Shown here: positions 62,054-64,000 of the stretch, one piece after another
Layout: the number at the start of each line of letters is the position of its first letter
How positions within the stretch are numbered: the first letter of the stretch is position 1
NCBI GenBank assembly: GCA_904063045.1
Contig: CAJFCJ010000019.1
Span: forward strand, 1,292,570-1,356,569
Origin: Dimorphilus gyrociliatus
Lineage: Eukaryota > Animalia > Annelida
Length of the DNA stretch: 64,000 bases
Direction: 5' to 3'
Translations under genes and position numbers: made by a program
The notes under the pieces: model-generated
Database searches by the model: none
Seen by the model: only the letters and a program-made list of their open reading frames with translations
Told to the model about the DNA's origin: nothing

Positions 62054-64000
62054 ATGTCTCGATTTGGCGTACCAGTAGCGAAAAAGAGGAAATTGAAATC
62101 AAACAAGCCGAATTTTAAGAAAAAAGATGGTAGATACAAAATTGAATCAAAAGAAATTGGAGAAATAGTTGAGAAATATTCGTCCTTTGATGATAAGTCT
62201 TTTGAGAGATTTTCAGAGTTTCCACTATCCAAAAAAACGCACAAGGCTCTCAAGGAGAACAATTTTGTAAAACCTACAGAAATTCAGACTGAATCTATTG
62301 GTAGAGCTCTACAGGGTCATGACATATTGGGGGCTGCTAAAACTGGGAGTGGGAAAACTCTTGCATTTTTAGTTCCCTTACTGGAAGTATTGTGGAGGAA
62401 TAGGTGGTCGCCACATGATGGTCTAGGGGCTTTAATTATATCACCAACTAGAGAGTTAGCTTACCAAACTTTCGAGGTTCTTAGAAAGGTTGGAAAGTAT
62501 CATGATTTCTCAGCAGGTTTAGTAATAGGAGGTAAAAATGTAAAGGACGAGGCTGACAGAATAAATCGCACGAATATTGTTATATGTACTCCTGGAAGAT
62601 TACTTCAACATATGGATGAAACTTTTGCATTTAATGCTGATAACCTTCTTATGCTGGTTTTGGACGAAGCCGATAAGATTTTAGATTTAGGATTTCAAAC
62701 TACTGTAAATGCTATTTTGGAAAATTTACCTAATAGACAAACCCTCCTCTTCTCCGCAACTCAAACAAAAAATGTAAAGGACTTAGCCAGATTAAGTTTA
62801 TCTAAACCTGTTTTGGTGTCTGTTCATGAGCATTCTGCTCAATCTACACCAGTCCAGCTTCGCCAATCTTATGTCGTTGTTGAATTACACGACAAATTAA
62901 CCGTATTGTGGTCATTTATAAAAAGTAATTTGAAACAAAAAATTATCGTCTTCTTAAGCGCCTGCAAACAAGTTCGCTTTACGTATGAAATGTTTCGTCG
63001 TCTACGACCTGGAACAACTGTTATGTGTCTCCATGGAGCAATGCAACAGCAGAAACGAATGAATGTTTACTCAGAATTTTGTGAGAAGGACAGTGCTGTA
63101 CTATTTGCTACTGATCTGGCTAGTAGAGGTTTAGATTTTCCTGAAATAGCTTGGGTAGTACAAGTGGATTGTCCGGAAGATACTGCAACATATATTCATA
63201 GAGTAGGACGGACAGCGCGTCTGGAGGATGATGGAGAAGCGGTTATTTTCCTCACTCCTTCTGAAAAAGATGGCATGTTGGAGGATTTAAAACAAAAACG
63301 CATTCCCATCGAGGAAGTTAAATTTAGTCAAAAGAAACTTCGTCCAATCGAGGGGAAGGTACAAGCATTTTGTGCTCAGGACTTAGAGTTCAAGGAATTT
63401 GCTCAAAGAGCTTTTTCATCTTACATTAGATCCGTGTATTTAATGAAAAATAAGAAAATATTTAAAGTAGAAAATATTGACCTTCCGAAATTTGCAAAAT
63501 CTCTTGGTCTTGTTGTGACCCCCAGACTTAGATTTTTACAAAAGGGTCAGAAGAAAAGTCCCGCTATAACAATAGATGAAGAAGACATAAATGGTGAAAA
63601 TAACGACGACGAAAGCGATGATTGTTTGACGAAAAAAATAAAGTTAGCTAGTTCTGATGATGACGAGAGCGATGAAGATGTACTTATGATCAAGAAAAAA
63701 GCTACTGGTAATAAAAAGAAAGAAGTTGATGAAAAATTAGGAAACAGTGATTCAGATGAAGATTCTGAAGATGAATTAAAGAAAAAGAAAATTAAAGTTA
63801 TCACAAAATATACTACCGCAAAGAAAATCTTACGAAAGAAGATTAAGCCAAATTCTCATGTTATGTTCGATAAGGAAGATGATACAGAAATTAAAATTCC
63901 AACAGATGAGGAAAGGGACACAAAAAGTGGTATTGATATTGAAGAAGCAAAAGAATATATGAAGCAAGTTGATCCAAGTGACAAGCAATTATATAAGGAT
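62054..64000 (+). CDS. DDX10: DEAD-box RNA helicase DDX10/Dbp4, no intron visible, truncated by window end (not in ORF track because no stop is reached)
   Basis: GAAKTGSGKTLAF, SPTRELAYQ, TPGRLLQHMDET, LDEAD, SAT, ATDLASRGLDF, YIHRVGRTAR, AQRAFSSYIRSVYL; acidic C-terminal region. Confidence 0.96.
   Translation, partial: MSRFGVPVAKKRKLKSNKPNFKKKDGRYKIESKEIGEIVEKYSSFDDKSFERFSEFPLSKKTHKALKENNFVKPTEIQTESIGRALQGHDILGAAKTGSGKTLAFLVPLLEVLWRNRWSPHDGLGALIISPTRELAYQTFEVLRKVGKYHDFSAGLVIGGKNVKDEADRINRTNIVICTPGRLLQHMDETFAFNADNLLMLVLDEADKILDLGFQTTVNAILENLPNRQTLLFSATQTKNVKDLARLSLSKPVLVSVHEHSAQSTPVQLRQSYVVVELHDKLTVLWSFIKSNLKQKIIVFLSACKQVRFTYEMFRRLRPGTTVMCLHGAMQQQKRMNVYSEFCEKDSAVLFATDLASRGLDFPEIAWVVQVDCPEDTATYIHRVGRTARLEDDGEAVIFLTPSEKDGMLEDLKQKRIPIEEVKFSQKKLRPIEGKVQAFCAQDLEFKEFAQRAFSSYIRSVYLMKNKKIFKVENIDLPKFAKSLGLVVTPRLRFLQKGQKKSPAITIDEEDINGENNDDESDDCLTKKIKLASSDDDESDEDVLMIKKKATGNKKKEVDEKLGNSDSDEDSEDELKKKKIKVITKYTTAKKILRKKIKPNSHVMFDKEDDTEIKIPTDEERDTKSGIDIEEAKEYMKQVDPSDKQLYKD

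Noticed and set aside
1-64000. CRISPR arrays, transposons, rRNA, selenoprotein recoding
   Set aside because: No repeat-spacer arrays, TIR/LTR pairs, transposase or RT motifs, rRNA-like tracts, or in-frame TGA within conserved domains were seen.

Overview
Eukaryotic (animal) genomic DNA, AT-rich and very compact. Most introns are 50-80 nt GT-AG and intergenic gaps are often under 300 bp, so the ORF track is fragmented and its TTG/GTG starts are mostly artefacts; I assembled spliced models by hand. Gene content and compaction suggest a lophotrochozoan with a miniaturised genome (a Dimorphilus-like annelid is my unverified guess). Order: 3' end of a hemicentin-like gene (+); a roughly 2,300-aa secreted EGF-VWD-C8 repeat protein (-); VARS (-) / PTGES2 (+) head to head; a fibrinogen-domain protein (+); Smaug/SAMD4 (-) / RABL6 (+) head to head; an M19 dipeptidase (+); four tandem clan-2-like cytochrome P450s (+, the fourth a pseudogene); MFSD4-like transporter (-) / TLCD1/2-like (+); an orphan coiled-coil gene (-) / MGAT5 (+); a tight same-strand run ZWILCH > NAGLU > orphan 137-aa ORF > ATP2C1 (-); and DDX10 (+, runs off the end). 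ZWILCH is only fragments in the ORF track and DDX10 is absent from it. I found no CRISPR array, rRNA, tRNA or transposon that I can support. Best leads: the patchwork P450 cluster lacking the I-helix acidic residue; the VWD-C8-EGF candidate adhesive/mucus protein with one GDPH site; a MiT/TFE (CLEAR-type) E-box cluster in the 95-nt ZWILCH-NAGLU gap; and a candidate Smaug-recognition hairpin in Smaug's own 3' UTR. All counts and alignments were done by eye.
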